46,272 bases of DNA, taken from positions 1 to 46,272 of the forward strand of contig JBHLRZ010000004.1 in the NCBI GenBank assembly GCA_048882045.1. Reading direction: 5' to 3'. The translations under genes and the position numbers were made by a program. Shown here in pieces: positions 14,539 through 24,073 of this stretch; position 1 is the first letter of the stretch, and each line of letters begins with the position of its first letter. The stretch is from Candidatus Thorarchaeota archaeon. Lineage in GTDB: Archaea; Asgardarchaeota; Thorarchaeia; Thorarchaeales; Thorarchaeaceae. The notes below the pieces were generated by a model, which saw nothing but the letters and a program-made list of their open reading frames with translations, searched no databases and was not told where the DNA came from.

Positions 14539-17500
14539 TCATTGTGGCTTGAACTTAGGACTCTCTATTATGACTGATGGATCAGTACCGTTTGGCGATA
14601 CGACTCCCAGAATCTTGTCAGCATGTCTCAATAGGTGTGTACTCTTGGCTGGAGTAAGAATGATGAATTGACTCCTACGTGATGCATCGTGGAAGAGTCT
14701 GCTGACTAGTTCCGTGTTTGTGGCATCAAGGAATGTGTCCACCTCATCCATCACATACACCGGAGCAGGATTGAACCCTTGCAGTGCCAAAATCAGTCCA
14801 ATTGCGATTAGAGATCTCTCCCCTCCAGACCCTGCACTGATTGCTCCAAAACCCTCAGTCTTGATACGTGACTGGAACTCTACGCCATATCGCCCATCTC
14901 GAAGGGCTAGTTCGAATCGGACACTTCCAGGAAACTCAACACGACCAAGAACCTGGTTCACCCCCTTCTCAACATTACGAAGGGTTTCGTTCATCCCATT
15001 GTGGTATTGCTCACGTATGTTTTTGACTGCGGCTTCAGCCTCATCCAACTCTTCAGTAAGCTCAGCAACCCGCTGGAACAAGACCTTCAACCGCCCCTTC
15101 AACTGATTCTCAGTGTGCGCAACAGTTTCCGAAACATCCTGATAGTCATCCAAGATGTGACGCAGTTTGACCAATTCTCCTCTTACGATATCTATTAGAC
15201 GAATGTCATCAGGACGTTCTTTGCCTTGAAGTTCTTGTTCTAAGTTCTCCAAGTCATATTCGAGGTTAGTAAGCTGACGCTTTGCCTGCAATACCTCAAG
15301 TCGACGATCCTTCACTGTGAGATTGAGTTCTACGAGTCGTTCACTCAGCGTCCTCAATGTGTTCTTAATCTCTTCAAATTCTTCTCTTGCAGCGGTCTGG
15401 GCCTTCTTTGTTTCCTCTGCGCTCTCTTTCATAACCTCAATCTTGTCGAGAATTGTAGATGTGATGTCCTTAGCCTGTTTTATCTCCTCTCGTAAATCTG
15501 AGAGACTACTAGAAAGCATTGTGATGTTATCTGTGATTCTTCGCAGTTCCATTCTTTTTAGCTCTTCATCTCTTTCTGCTGCATGCAGTTTGTTGTCGAC
15601 TTTGGTCAAGTCACTTTGGACACGCCGATGTTTTGTCCTGATTGCTGACTCTTGGCCAACCAGTCTGCTTCTTTCAGGTGGTTGTGTACTGTCAAGCTTT
15701 CTGAGTTGCCTCTCTGACTTACCAAAGTCACCTTGAAGACTTTTCAGTTCATCATCAATTGAAACGATCCGTTCCTCGAGTTCGGGAATGCTCTCTGATA
15801 GTTTCTTCCGCCTTTCCCATGTGGATCCCCAACGAGTCATCTGTCCCAACAGGTCCATAGTTTCTTCTCTCTCGTTGGTCAACTTCTCTAACCGTGTCAT
15901 GATGTCAGTGACATGCTTTCTCTCAATCTGCAACATTTTCTCCTTGTTTACTAGACTAGTCTGGAGTGGGGCAGTTGAGACCAAGCCAGTAGGTTCACTC
16001 TTAGGATGACTTACTATCTGTGTGTTTCTTGGAATCATGACGTATCCATCAAGCGTCACCGTGCGTAATCCTTGTTTCATGGACAGTTTCGTGGCGGTCT
16101 GAACATCCTTTGTTAGGATAAAGTTTCCAAACACTCTTCTGAAAAGCTTCTGTGTTTCCAAATCTGTAGACAGTCTGCTCCAGAGCCAGTCCACAACTCC
16201 TGTACCCTGAGGCAACTCGGGTCTCTCAGATGATTCATCCTCCTTTAGAAAGATGATGGGTGAAAGAGCCTCGGCTTTATTTCTCAACTTTAATAACAAC
16301 TGGTAGTCTGACTGCTCAGTCGCAACAAACGCCAGAAGAAGATTCCCTGAAAGAACAGCCTCGACTGCTGTGGAGATCTCATCGTCTGCTGTGAACATCT
16401 CTATGAGAGGGCCCTCAATGGACTCAAGCTTGTGTTCTGCAATTGCGTCCTTGAGGTTTCTCACTGACTCTGGTATTCGTTTTGAGGTCTCTGAGAGTTT
16501 CATCTTGATCTCGTCGATCTCTTTCTGCAGGCTTGCAACAAGGCTTGTCTTTCTAAACCTCTCCTCATTCTTGGATGATATCTCTCGCTCCAATTGGGAT
16601 TTTCTCGCAGTCAGTTCCTTCTCGTCGGTCTTCTCAATCTTTGTCCAGATGTGAGACCATTTACTCTCAATCGCTTGAAGCTCTGCCTCTTCGACCTGGA
16701 GTCGTTCTCTTAGACTCCGAATCAGTACATCCTTGCCCTCAATCTCAGCTTGGAGTGCCTTATAGCGGCCATATGCTTCTGCTCTCTTTGTATTCCAGTC
16801 TGAGAAGGCTGCAAGCTCATCTCTAATACTGGACCGTTCCTCTTCGAGCTGTTCGAGTTCCTCTTGCAACTCCCTCTGCCTTTGCATATCCTGTTCTTTC
16901 GAGGCTGATGACCGTTCAAGGTCATCTCTTAGTTTTTCTTCCCTCTTCTTCTCAGCTCTGATATTATTCTCCAACTGACGTAGTTCAACGACCTGTTTCT
17001 TTGAATCTCCCTCTAGCTTCGCTAGGTTCCTTTCCTCTTCCTCAATCCTTGCGTCTATCCGACCAAGCTCGGTCTGGAGTCCTGCTAGGCGAGATTCAAT
17101 AGCTGCTGATGCTTCTTCCTGTTCAGAGATTTGTCCTTGAATCTCGTTCTGTTCTTCTAGGATGCTAACAAGTCCAGACTCCTTTGACTCTATATCGCTT
17201 TTTGTTTCCTCCATCCGTTTGGAAAGATCATCAAAGGAGGACCATTTCAATTCCTGTTCGAGCTCCCGTTCTTGTTCCTGTAGGGCTCTCTTCTTCTCAA
17301 GTCTGGACAGATCATATTGCAAGAGCTCCAACTCTCGCTCTACTGTCTTTGATTCCGAGAGAGCTGCCTCGAGTTTACCACGACTCTGAGTGACTTCGGT
17401 TTCTTGAAGGCTGATGCGGTCTCGAAGTACATCCAATCCCGTACCTTCCTCTACAAGTCTTCTGACCTCGAAGGGATCCATGTCTCTGATAGCGTTGATT

Positions 17501-17907
17501 CGCTCTTGTGGCATAAAGACGAGCGGATTGTCTGTTTCAAGACCGAACCCTGTAACCATGAGCTTGTGCTCAGCTGCTTTCACACGCTTCCCATCGACAT
17601 AGGCTCGTGGGATTCCATCTCGGTCAATCTTTCTAAGAAACCTCCTGCTCTGACCATTTACTTTGACACTGATTTCTACCTCAGCTGTGCTTGCACCATG
17701 ACGTATGAAGTCACTCCATTTACTATACCTATTCTCTCTCTGATTAGAACCAAGCGCAAACTTGAGTGCATGAAAAATAGAGGTCTTACCACTACCATTA
17801 GGACCCGCAAGGACAGTAAGGCCTTTGTCAAACTCTACTGTTCCTTTGAAAAAGGAAAGGAAGTTCCCTAGTCTTGCGGATTCAATATAGACGCTTGTTT
17901 CACCCAT
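14539..17907 (-). CDS. smc: SMC protein, SMC5/6-like
   Basis: Walker A GPNGSGKT, Q-loop FMPQERI, long coiled coils, hinge (GPLIEM...SGNLLLAFV), signature GSGGERS, Walker B YVMDEVD, switch QFIILTP. Confidence 0.9.
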   Translation of the reverse strand: MGETSVYIESARLGNFLSFFKGTVEFDKGLTVLAGPNGSGKTSIFHALKFALGSNQRENRYSKWSDFIRHGASTAEVEISVKVNGQSRRFLRKIDRDGIPRAYVDGKRVKAAEHKLMVTGFGLETDNPLVFMPQERINAIRDMDPFEVRRLVEEGTGLDVLRDRISLQETEVTQSRGKLEAALSESKTVERELELLQYDLSRLEKKRALQEQERELEQELKWSSFDDLSKRMEETKSDIESKESGLVSILEEQNEIQGQISEQEEASAAIESRLAGLQTELGRIDARIEEEERNLAKLEGDSKKQVVELRQLENNIRAEKKREEKLRDDLERSSASKEQDMQRQRELQEELEQLEEERSSIRDELAAFSDWNTKRAEAYGRYKALQAEIEGKDVLIRSLRERLQVEEAELQAIESKWSHIWTKIEKTDEKELTARKSQLEREISSKNEERFRKTSLVASLQKEIDEIKMKLSETSKRIPESVRNLKDAIAEHKLESIEGPLIEMFTADDEISTAVEAVLSGNLLLAFVATEQSDYQLLLKLRNKAEALSPIIFLKEDESSERPELPQGTGVVDWLWSRLSTDLETQKLFRRVFGNFILTKDVQTATKLSMKQGLRTVTLDGYVMIPRNTQIVSHPKSEPTGLVSTAPLQTSLVNKEKMLQIERKHVTDIMTRLEKLTNEREETMDLLGQMTRWGSTWERRKKLSESIPELEERIVSIDDELKSLQGDFGKSERQLRKLDSTQPPERSRLVGQESAIRTKHRRVQSDLTKVDNKLHAAERDEELKRMELRRITDNITMLSSSLSDLREEIKQAKDITSTILDKIEVMKESAEETKKAQTAAREEFEEIKNTLRTLSERLVELNLTVKDRRLEVLQAKRQLTNLEYDLENLEQELQGKERPDDIRLIDIVRGELVKLRHILDDYQDVSETVAHTENQLKGRLKVLFQRVAELTEELDEAEAAVKNIREQYHNGMNETLRNVEKGVNQVLGRVEFPGSVRFELALRDGRYGVEFQSRIKTEGFGAISAGSGGERSLIAIGLILALQGFNPAPVYVMDEVDTFLDATNTELVSRLFHDASRRSQFIILTPAKSTHLLRHADKILGVVSPNGTDPSVIIESPKFKPQ

Positions 17908-17911
17908 CAAT

Positions 17912-18982
17912 TCATCTTCCCATTATTCTATGAAGTCTATCGCTACTCTTCTTTGCCCTGAGTAATCTGGTCAATCGGTCCTCTGCCGTACCAGTCAACA
18001 AGAAAGGATGTCTACTGAGAAATTCTCTGTCCTTTACTGAGAGAGGGAGTCCTTCATTGAGAACCTCAATTACCCTCTGAGTTTCAGCATAGTCCTCTCC
18101 AACTGCCATGAGATAGAGTTGGTCCAAAAACTCGTCCGGGTATTCATCGCTTATTTTACTCAGTTCAGGTTGTCTTGTGCCCCTCGTCTTCTTTGCTAGT
18201 GATTCGAGAAATCTGGAGTTTCCAAATGCTACCACACCACTATGTTCGATGAGCTCTTCGACTTTCTCCTTAGGAAGTTGACCTCCCTCAACCTCTTCAG
18301 TCATATAGAGGCTCATTGCAAGATGATTGACATCTGAGAATCCCCATCCCTCTGTTAGTTCTGCAATGACTGAAACATCAAGATCCTCTCGATCTTTCAG
18401 GACTTGTTCAAGTAACCGAATTCTGTCCTCTATAGATGCACTCTCGACTATGTATGTCCTGTCAAACAATGAGAGTAGCTCCCTATCTACCTGGTCTGGT
18501 CTTGTAGTGGCTGCGATGACTATCACTTCATCCCCACTCCAACTGATGTTCTTGATCTCATCCTGAAGCACAACTGACTGGACAGAGTCTCTTGGTCCGA
18601 TGGCCTCTAATTTTGCAATATATAGTGCAGAGGGTGAGTTCCTCTTCGAAAACTCAAACCCACTTCTTAGTGAGTCAGGTCCCCTTTTGTTCTCGTCAAG
18701 AACTCCTTCCATCTTGAAAGTGACGACTTTGATTGGCACCTCCCGTGCAAGAAAGTGAGTGAAGGCTGCGAAGTCTGTCCCTGGTGGCCCCACAAGCAAG
18801 ACTCTCCCACCAAAGACCAATCCCCTGTCAGTCATCTGAGCCTTCAGGATATCATACCGCTTGAGAAGATGCAGGAACTCTGTGGCAAAGGTCACTACAG
18901 AATACTGACTGACGCGTTCGGGTGGAAACTGCTCCGGTGTGGTGAGTGTCACCGTCTCAACGAATTCTTTTTCTTCGCCCAA
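17912..18982 (-). CDS. Degenerate (probably inactive) CDC48/PAN-type AAA+ domain protein
   Basis: VLLVGPPGTDF (no Walker A Lys), SALYIAKLEAI (no Walker B DE), AATTRPDQVDRELLSLFDR (eroded second region of homology), followed by the lid LTEGWGFSDV. Confidence 0.75.
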   Translation of the reverse strand: MGEEKEFVETVTLTTPEQFPPERVSQYSVVTFATEFLHLLKRYDILKAQMTDRGLVFGGRVLLVGPPGTDFAAFTHFLAREVPIKVVTFKMEGVLDENKRGPDSLRSGFEFSKRNSPSALYIAKLEAIGPRDSVQSVVLQDEIKNISWSGDEVIVIAATTRPDQVDRELLSLFDRTYIVESASIEDRIRLLEQVLKDREDLDVSVIAELTEGWGFSDVNHLAMSLYMTEEVEGGQLPKEKVEELIEHSGVVAFGNSRFLESLAKKTRGTRQPELSKISDEYPDEFLDQLYLMAVGEDYAETQRVIEVLNEGLPLSVKDREFLSRHPFLLTGTAEDRLTRLLRAKKSSDRLHRIMGR

Positions 18983-19162
18983 CTTTCAACCCCACTATGG
19001 TGCTGGCTTCTCGGTCGTGCGTCTGAAGCCATATTACATCTTCGGAGTGGGTAGGGAATCGCGCCGTTCGATTTTGTGCGTGTAAGATTGGAATCTCCGA
19101 TGACTTCCGCGCCGAAGTGTGCTAGGTTCATAACGGTTAAGACAGGCACATTCTACCGGTAG

Positions 19163-20887
19163 GTGGTTCTGATGACTATTCAAAGTGACAAACTTCGCGA
19201 TAGGGTACTTAATGTCATAGCGACAGTGGAGAGCAGAGGGCTCTTTGTACACTCCTCGGACTTGGAGCTTAAGTATAGTTCCTCTGGCTCCAAGGCGCAG
19301 GTAAGGACTGCCAAACTCCCCCTGATTATAGGAACCTGTGTCCTTAATGCACTGGTTCCACGTTCTGCGATGCTTCTCGTCGGAGGACATGGAGGAGGGA
19401 AGACTACCCTCGCTAAGATTCTGGGTCGAATGATGACTGGTAAATCACTAGATGAGGTTGAGGATGGTATTCTTCGAGGTCATCCACAGCTTACTGAGGA
19501 GAAAATGATTGCTACTTTAAAGCCCGGTCCTCTCATGAAGGACGGTGTCGAAGTTGTTGTCTGGCGTAGGTTCGTTACAGATTTCTGGAAGATTATCGAT
19601 GAGGTGAACAGACTAACACCCCATGCGCAAAACATCCTCCTATCTCTTTTAGCGGAGGGAGAGATGAAGTATTATGATGAGATTAAGAGGTGTGAAGAGT
19701 ATTGTCTGTATGCCACACTAAATCCTGCAGATTCAGGGACCTTCGAGATTGGTCCACCGTTCCTTGACAGGTTTGGAATTGCAGTACCAATCACTATGCC
19801 GACTGTCAATGACCTTGAACTCATTCTTGCATCTCGAGATGATCGCCTGTTTGGATATGATGAGCTCTGGCAGGTCCCTGCAATTCTGACTGAGGAAGAC
19901 CTCCTTACTATCTGGAATCTTGCCGACAAGGTTCCTGTTTCACCTGAAGCATCAGAATTCATGAGATCAGTTGTCAGGGAATTCGGAGCATGCATTCGCG
20001 CTGACAAGAGCCAGTCTACTGGTCTCACTGTTGAAACAGGGCTGTGTGATGGCTGCCATTTCAATACAGCAAAGAGTGTATGCAACAAGGTTGTCATCCC
20101 ACTTAGTGTTCGTGCTGCAAAAGACCTCAATAGATACTCAAAGTCTGCTGCGTGGTTAATTGGAGCAACTGAGGTCAGTGTAGAGATTGTAAAATCAGTA
20201 GCTCCTCTTGTGTTCTGGCATAGGACTCAATATGTTAGAGACGAATTGGACAGGTCTCCATACTACGGTGACATCTATGAGTATACAAAGCATCTTGTTG
20301 AGCTGGCTGTATCCAGATTCGCTCAGCGAGAACCTGCTATCAAAATAATGGACTCGTACAAGCAGGGTAAAGAGTCCAAAGACGCAATGAATGAGCTCAA
20401 AGAGATGGGGAAAAGTGACCTGCTTGTCCGCTTGGATCATATCGAACTCGCTAAGGCTCTGAAGAAGTCAGGCTATCAGAAAATGGTCAAGAACATCGAA
20501 AAGGGAATCAAGAACAAGAATGTCGATGAACTAAGCCAGATTCATGAAGAACTGATGAAGGATACTGACTTCCCAAATCGGAGTATGCTCTTGAAACAGG
20601 TATCTGAGGCTTTACATAGACTCACACTTACGCAGTTCGCTCTAACATTCGAACAGTGGCAAGACCTGTGGACCACTATCAGTCTTCAAATCCCCAAGCT
20701 GACCAGTATTCTGAAAGAAACCCTTGAACCTCCAAAGAGGAAGATAGTGAGGACAGATGGGCTTACTGTGGTCGTCTATGTTACTGGGGACAAACCTGAC
20801 TCAGCTGTCTTTCTGGAAATCTCTGGTGGTACAGCGGCACTGCAGCTCAAAGAGGAGATTGAGAAACAGATAGGAGAGCAGTCCTAG
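19163..20887 (+). CDS. MoxR-type (helix-2-insert clade) AAA+ ATPase with C-terminal extension
   Basis: GGHGGGKT, IIDEVNR, ATLNP, PFLDRF, SVRA sensor; Cys cluster C..CDGC..C. Confidence 0.8.
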   Translation: MVLMTIQSDKLRDRVLNVIATVESRGLFVHSSDLELKYSSSGSKAQVRTAKLPLIIGTCVLNALVPRSAMLLVGGHGGGKTTLAKILGRMMTGKSLDEVEDGILRGHPQLTEEKMIATLKPGPLMKDGVEVVVWRRFVTDFWKIIDEVNRLTPHAQNILLSLLAEGEMKYYDEIKRCEEYCLYATLNPADSGTFEIGPPFLDRFGIAVPITMPTVNDLELILASRDDRLFGYDELWQVPAILTEEDLLTIWNLADKVPVSPEASEFMRSVVREFGACIRADKSQSTGLTVETGLCDGCHFNTAKSVCNKVVIPLSVRAAKDLNRYSKSAAWLIGATEVSVEIVKSVAPLVFWHRTQYVRDELDRSPYYGDIYEYTKHLVELAVSRFAQREPAIKIMDSYKQGKESKDAMNELKEMGKSDLLVRLDHIELAKALKKSGYQKMVKNIEKGIKNKNVDELSQIHEELMKDTDFPNRSMLLKQVSEALHRLTLTQFALTFEQWQDLWTTISLQIPKLTSILKETLEPPKRKIVRTDGLTVVVYVTGDKPDSAVFLEISGGTAALQLKEEIEKQIGEQS

Positions 20888-22626
20888 TGTCTAGAGCTGT
20901 TGAAGGTCCATCGCATGATTCAGGTTTCTTGGAAGTAGCTCGAAGAGCATGGAATCAAGCACTGATAGACTTCTACCATCCTCCTTTGCCAGAACCACAG
21001 ATTGAGAACAAGGCTGAGGCATCCAGCTTCTTCTATATTGATTCAGGAACATGGACTGTCCATCTCAACGTTGCTGGCGTACCACCATATATGGATGCCA
21101 ATGAAGCTGAACCATATCTACGCTCAGTTTGTCACCATGAGATTCAACACTATCTACTATGTCCCTATGATGGCGTCACAAATGGTCTAATGTTTGCTGG
21201 AGCAAGGAAGAATGTGAATGACGCAACTGCAATGTTCGTCTGCAACATGTTCGCCGATCTAGTTGTAGATTCCAAACTCCTGAAACGATACCCTTCATTG
21301 ACCCATGAACGTGTGAATGCTTGTCTACATGAATCTGTACTTAGGATTCATGAGCCCAGTCCCCTCTGGATATTGATAGCAGGGACATACCGCGCAATGT
21401 GGGGATTTCCAATTCCTTCGAAAGCCAAAATTGATGACCGGACTTTTGCTGTTGCACAAGAAATCACAAAGATTGCCCGAAAATCAATCGATAACGAATC
21501 CAGATGGCCAAAAGCTTGCGAGAAGATTGCAAAGATAATTGCAGACTGGATGCCAGATGATGAAGAGAATCAGCTACCTGGAATGGGTGGACTTGATGGC
21601 AAGGAAACGTCTGGAAGTGACGGAATGGGTGATGCGGGTGAAGACACTGTTCTTGTACCTCTAGATGTCGATGCGGTGATGGGTAGTCCAATCGAGGTTC
21701 GTAACGGAGACCTGGCTCGAAAGTGCATGGATAGCGATTCAGTCGATGTTTCTGATGCAGAGATGGAGCGACTCGCAGTCGAGGTAGAGCAACGTAACGG
21801 GAACCTAGAGGATCTAGAGGGTGTATATCTGACTGCAGGTGTGGGATCTCCTAGAAAGGAATGGATTCGTTTCTGGTATCGTGCAAAGGCACAAGGTACA
21901 CTTAGGATTGAGGTCGTCAAACAGAGGTATGAGGGGTCCGCACCTCTTACTCCAGAAGTCTGGAGACTTGGTGACCCGATTGAAGACCTCGACATTGTTC
22001 AATCACTTCAAGCATTTCCTGTCCTTATTCCAAACAGGTCAACACGGAAGTGGATGAAAGTAGAATCATTGGGTACTGAGAGGTCTAAATCTCTTCCAGA
22101 CATGCTCATAGTGATTGACTCCAGTGGTTCGATGACATGGGGCATGAGGTCAAAGACTGTTTCAGGTTCCTACCACACTGCATTGGTATCAGCCTTTGCT
22201 GCAATGGAGGTCGCGCTTCGAAAGGGTTCAAGGATTGCTGCCATCAACTTCTCTGATGGTAGCCATTCGAGTAATTGGTCTACTACCCGTGAAGGAGCCG
22301 AACGGGTCCTCCTTGCCTATCAAGGTGGCGGCACAGTAGCTCCAACCAAGAAGATAATGGAGGCATGTGACAAAGCGGAGTCACAGGTCATGGTTCTGAT
22401 GATTACGGACGCTGAGATTGCAAACTGGAAAAAGTTCATCGATTCGATACGTGATTTGACAACTAGAGGCCACAAACCATTCATTTTCCACATTGGAGCT
22501 GGAAAGCGAAAGACCAAGGTCCAGCGGTCTTTGGAGGATGCAGGAGCGAGTGTCTTCCCAATAAAATCAGTGAAGGACTTACCTGGTCTTGTTATCAGAG
22601 AGGTCCATGGTGTGTACGATAGATAG
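20887..22626 (+). CDS. vWA-domain protein with N-terminal HExxH metallopeptidase-like domain
   Basis: HHEIQH and NMFADLVVD, an acidic Gly-rich linker, MIDAS DSSGSM...GGGT...ITDAE. Overlaps the stop codon of the ATPase gene. Confidence 0.85.
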   Translation: MSRAVEGPSHDSGFLEVARRAWNQALIDFYHPPLPEPQIENKAEASSFFYIDSGTWTVHLNVAGVPPYMDANEAEPYLRSVCHHEIQHYLLCPYDGVTNGLMFAGARKNVNDATAMFVCNMFADLVVDSKLLKRYPSLTHERVNACLHESVLRIHEPSPLWILIAGTYRAMWGFPIPSKAKIDDRTFAVAQEITKIARKSIDNESRWPKACEKIAKIIADWMPDDEENQLPGMGGLDGKETSGSDGMGDAGEDTVLVPLDVDAVMGSPIEVRNGDLARKCMDSDSVDVSDAEMERLAVEVEQRNGNLEDLEGVYLTAGVGSPRKEWIRFWYRAKAQGTLRIEVVKQRYEGSAPLTPEVWRLGDPIEDLDIVQSLQAFPVLIPNRSTRKWMKVESLGTERSKSLPDMLIVIDSSGSMTWGMRSKTVSGSYHTALVSAFAAMEVALRKGSRIAAINFSDGSHSSNWSTTREGAERVLLAYQGGGTVAPTKKIMEACDKAESQVMVLMITDAEIANWKKFIDSIRDLTTRGHKPFIFHIGAGKRKTKVQRSLEDAGASVFPIKSVKDLPGLVIREVHGVYDR

Positions 22627-22630
22627 AGGT

Positions 22631-24073
22631 CTATCCCTCTTTTTCCTCTTCTTCATCTGTGCTAGGTTGTGGTTGACCTGTCAAGTAGGCTTGAATGGAT
22701 TTTGCCGCGATTCTTCCAGCACCCATGGCTTCAATGACGGTTGCAGATCCAGTTACGATGTCTCCCCCGGCCCATACTTTGTCTATACTCGTGCGGTTGT
22801 TCTTGTCAACAACGATGTATCCCCATCTATTGAGCTCTAAATCTGGCATCGTATTGATCAATAATGGATTTGCTCCAGTACCAATGGATATGACTACCTG
22901 ATCACATTCCATTTCGAAGTTGGACTCCTCAATGGGTATTGGTCTCCTCCTTCCGCTTGCATCAGGTTCACCAAGCTCCATCCTGATGCATTCCATCCCA
23001 GTGACCCTCCCTTCCTCACCAAGGATTTTGATTGGGTTCGTAAGAAGCTGGAAGTTAACTCCTTCCTCCTCTGCATGATGTACTTCCTCGCCCCTCGCTG
23101 GGAGTTGTTCTCTTGCCCTGCGGTAAACAATCGTAGATTCTGCTCCAAGCCTTTTGGCTGTTCGAGCTGAGTCCATTGCAACATTCCCTCCTCCCACGAC
23201 ACAGGTGTGCTTTCCAGGAGGTAGAGGTGAATCATAGTCTGGGAAGAGGTATCCCTTCATCAGGTTGCCTCTGGTCAAGTATTCATTTGCTGAGAAGACA
23301 CCGTTAAGCTCCTCTCCTTCAATTCTCATGAATGTCGGGAGCCCAGCTCCTACACCAATGTATGCTGCATCATACTCGTCTAGGATTTCATCAATAGTGA
23401 TGGACATTCCAACGACTTCATTCAGTTGGATCTTGACACCCTGTTTCTCAAGATACTCCACTTCAGCCCCAACAATATCCTTTGGGAGTCTGAATTCAGG
23501 GATTCCATAGACAAGAACTCCGCCAGCCTCATGAAGTGCCTCGAATATTGTGACTTCATGACCTTCTTGAATGAGGTCTCCTGCAACGGTCAGTCCAGAG
23601 GGACCTGAGCCAATGATTGCAACTTTCTTTCCACTCGGTTTTGGTTTTGTTGGGATCTCGACGAGGTTATTGTTTCTCTCATAGTCTGCGACAAATCGCT
23701 CAAGGGCTCCAATAGACACTCCACCATATCTCTTGAATAGAGTACATGATCCCTCACACTGTGTTTCTTGAGGACAGACTCTTCCAGTAACAGCTGGAAG
23801 GACATTGGTTTCCTTGATCAAGCGGGCTGCTTCAACAAATTTACCTTCTGAAACGAGTTTGATAAACTCCGGAATCTGGACACCAACAGGACATCCTCCG
23901 ACACATGGTCTCTTCCTACAGTCAAGACATCTCGATGCCTCTCTCATAGCCATCTCTGGTGTCAGTCCGAGGGGGACCTCCTCGAAGTTGGCTGCACGCG
24001 TGTCTGGGTTCTGTGCTGGCATCTTCGACCGTGGAATCGCCATTCTCTCTTTGGGAGTCAGTTTCTCTGCCAT
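22631..24073 (-). CDS. nfnB: NfnB/SudA (GltD-like) large subunit of NADH-dependent ferredoxin:NADP+ oxidoreductase
   Basis: EASRCLDC...CVGGCPV, GRVCPQETQCE, GSGPSG FAD site, GGGNVAMD NADP site, AGGDIVTG; adjacent to nfnA. Confidence 0.85.
   Translation of the reverse strand: MAEKLTPKERMAIPRSKMPAQNPDTRAANFEEVPLGLTPEMAMREASRCLDCRKRPCVGGCPVGVQIPEFIKLVSEGKFVEAARLIKETNVLPAVTGRVCPQETQCEGSCTLFKRYGGVSIGALERFVADYERNNNLVEIPTKPKPSGKKVAIIGSGPSGLTVAGDLIQEGHEVTIFEALHEAGGVLVYGIPEFRLPKDIVGAEVEYLEKQGVKIQLNEVVGMSITIDEILDEYDAAYIGVGAGLPTFMRIEGEELNGVFSANEYLTRGNLMKGYLFPDYDSPLPPGKHTCVVGGGNVAMDSARTAKRLGAESTIVYRRAREQLPARGEEVHHAEEEGVNFQLLTNPIKILGEEGRVTGMECIRMELGEPDASGRRRPIPIEESNFEMECDQVVISIGTGANPLLINTMPDLELNRWGYIVVDKNNRTSIDKVWAGGDIVTGSATVIEAMGAGRIAAKSIQAYLTGQPQPSTDEEEEKEG

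Noticed and set aside
13868-18982. Wadjet (JetABCD/MksBEFG), Lamassu or Rad50-Mre11 system
   Set aside because: No Toprim nuclease or effector is adjacent. The SMC has a globular hinge rather than a CxxC zinc hook, and the phosphoesterases are 15 kb away and Icc-like.
18949-19390. ORFs 18949..19149 and 19034..19390
   Set aside because: They overlap well-supported genes or the divergent control region and have no recognisable motifs.
22631-24073. Glutamate synthase small subunit
   Set aside because: No gltB-type genes are nearby; pairing with a PyrK-like gene indicates NfnAB/SudAB.
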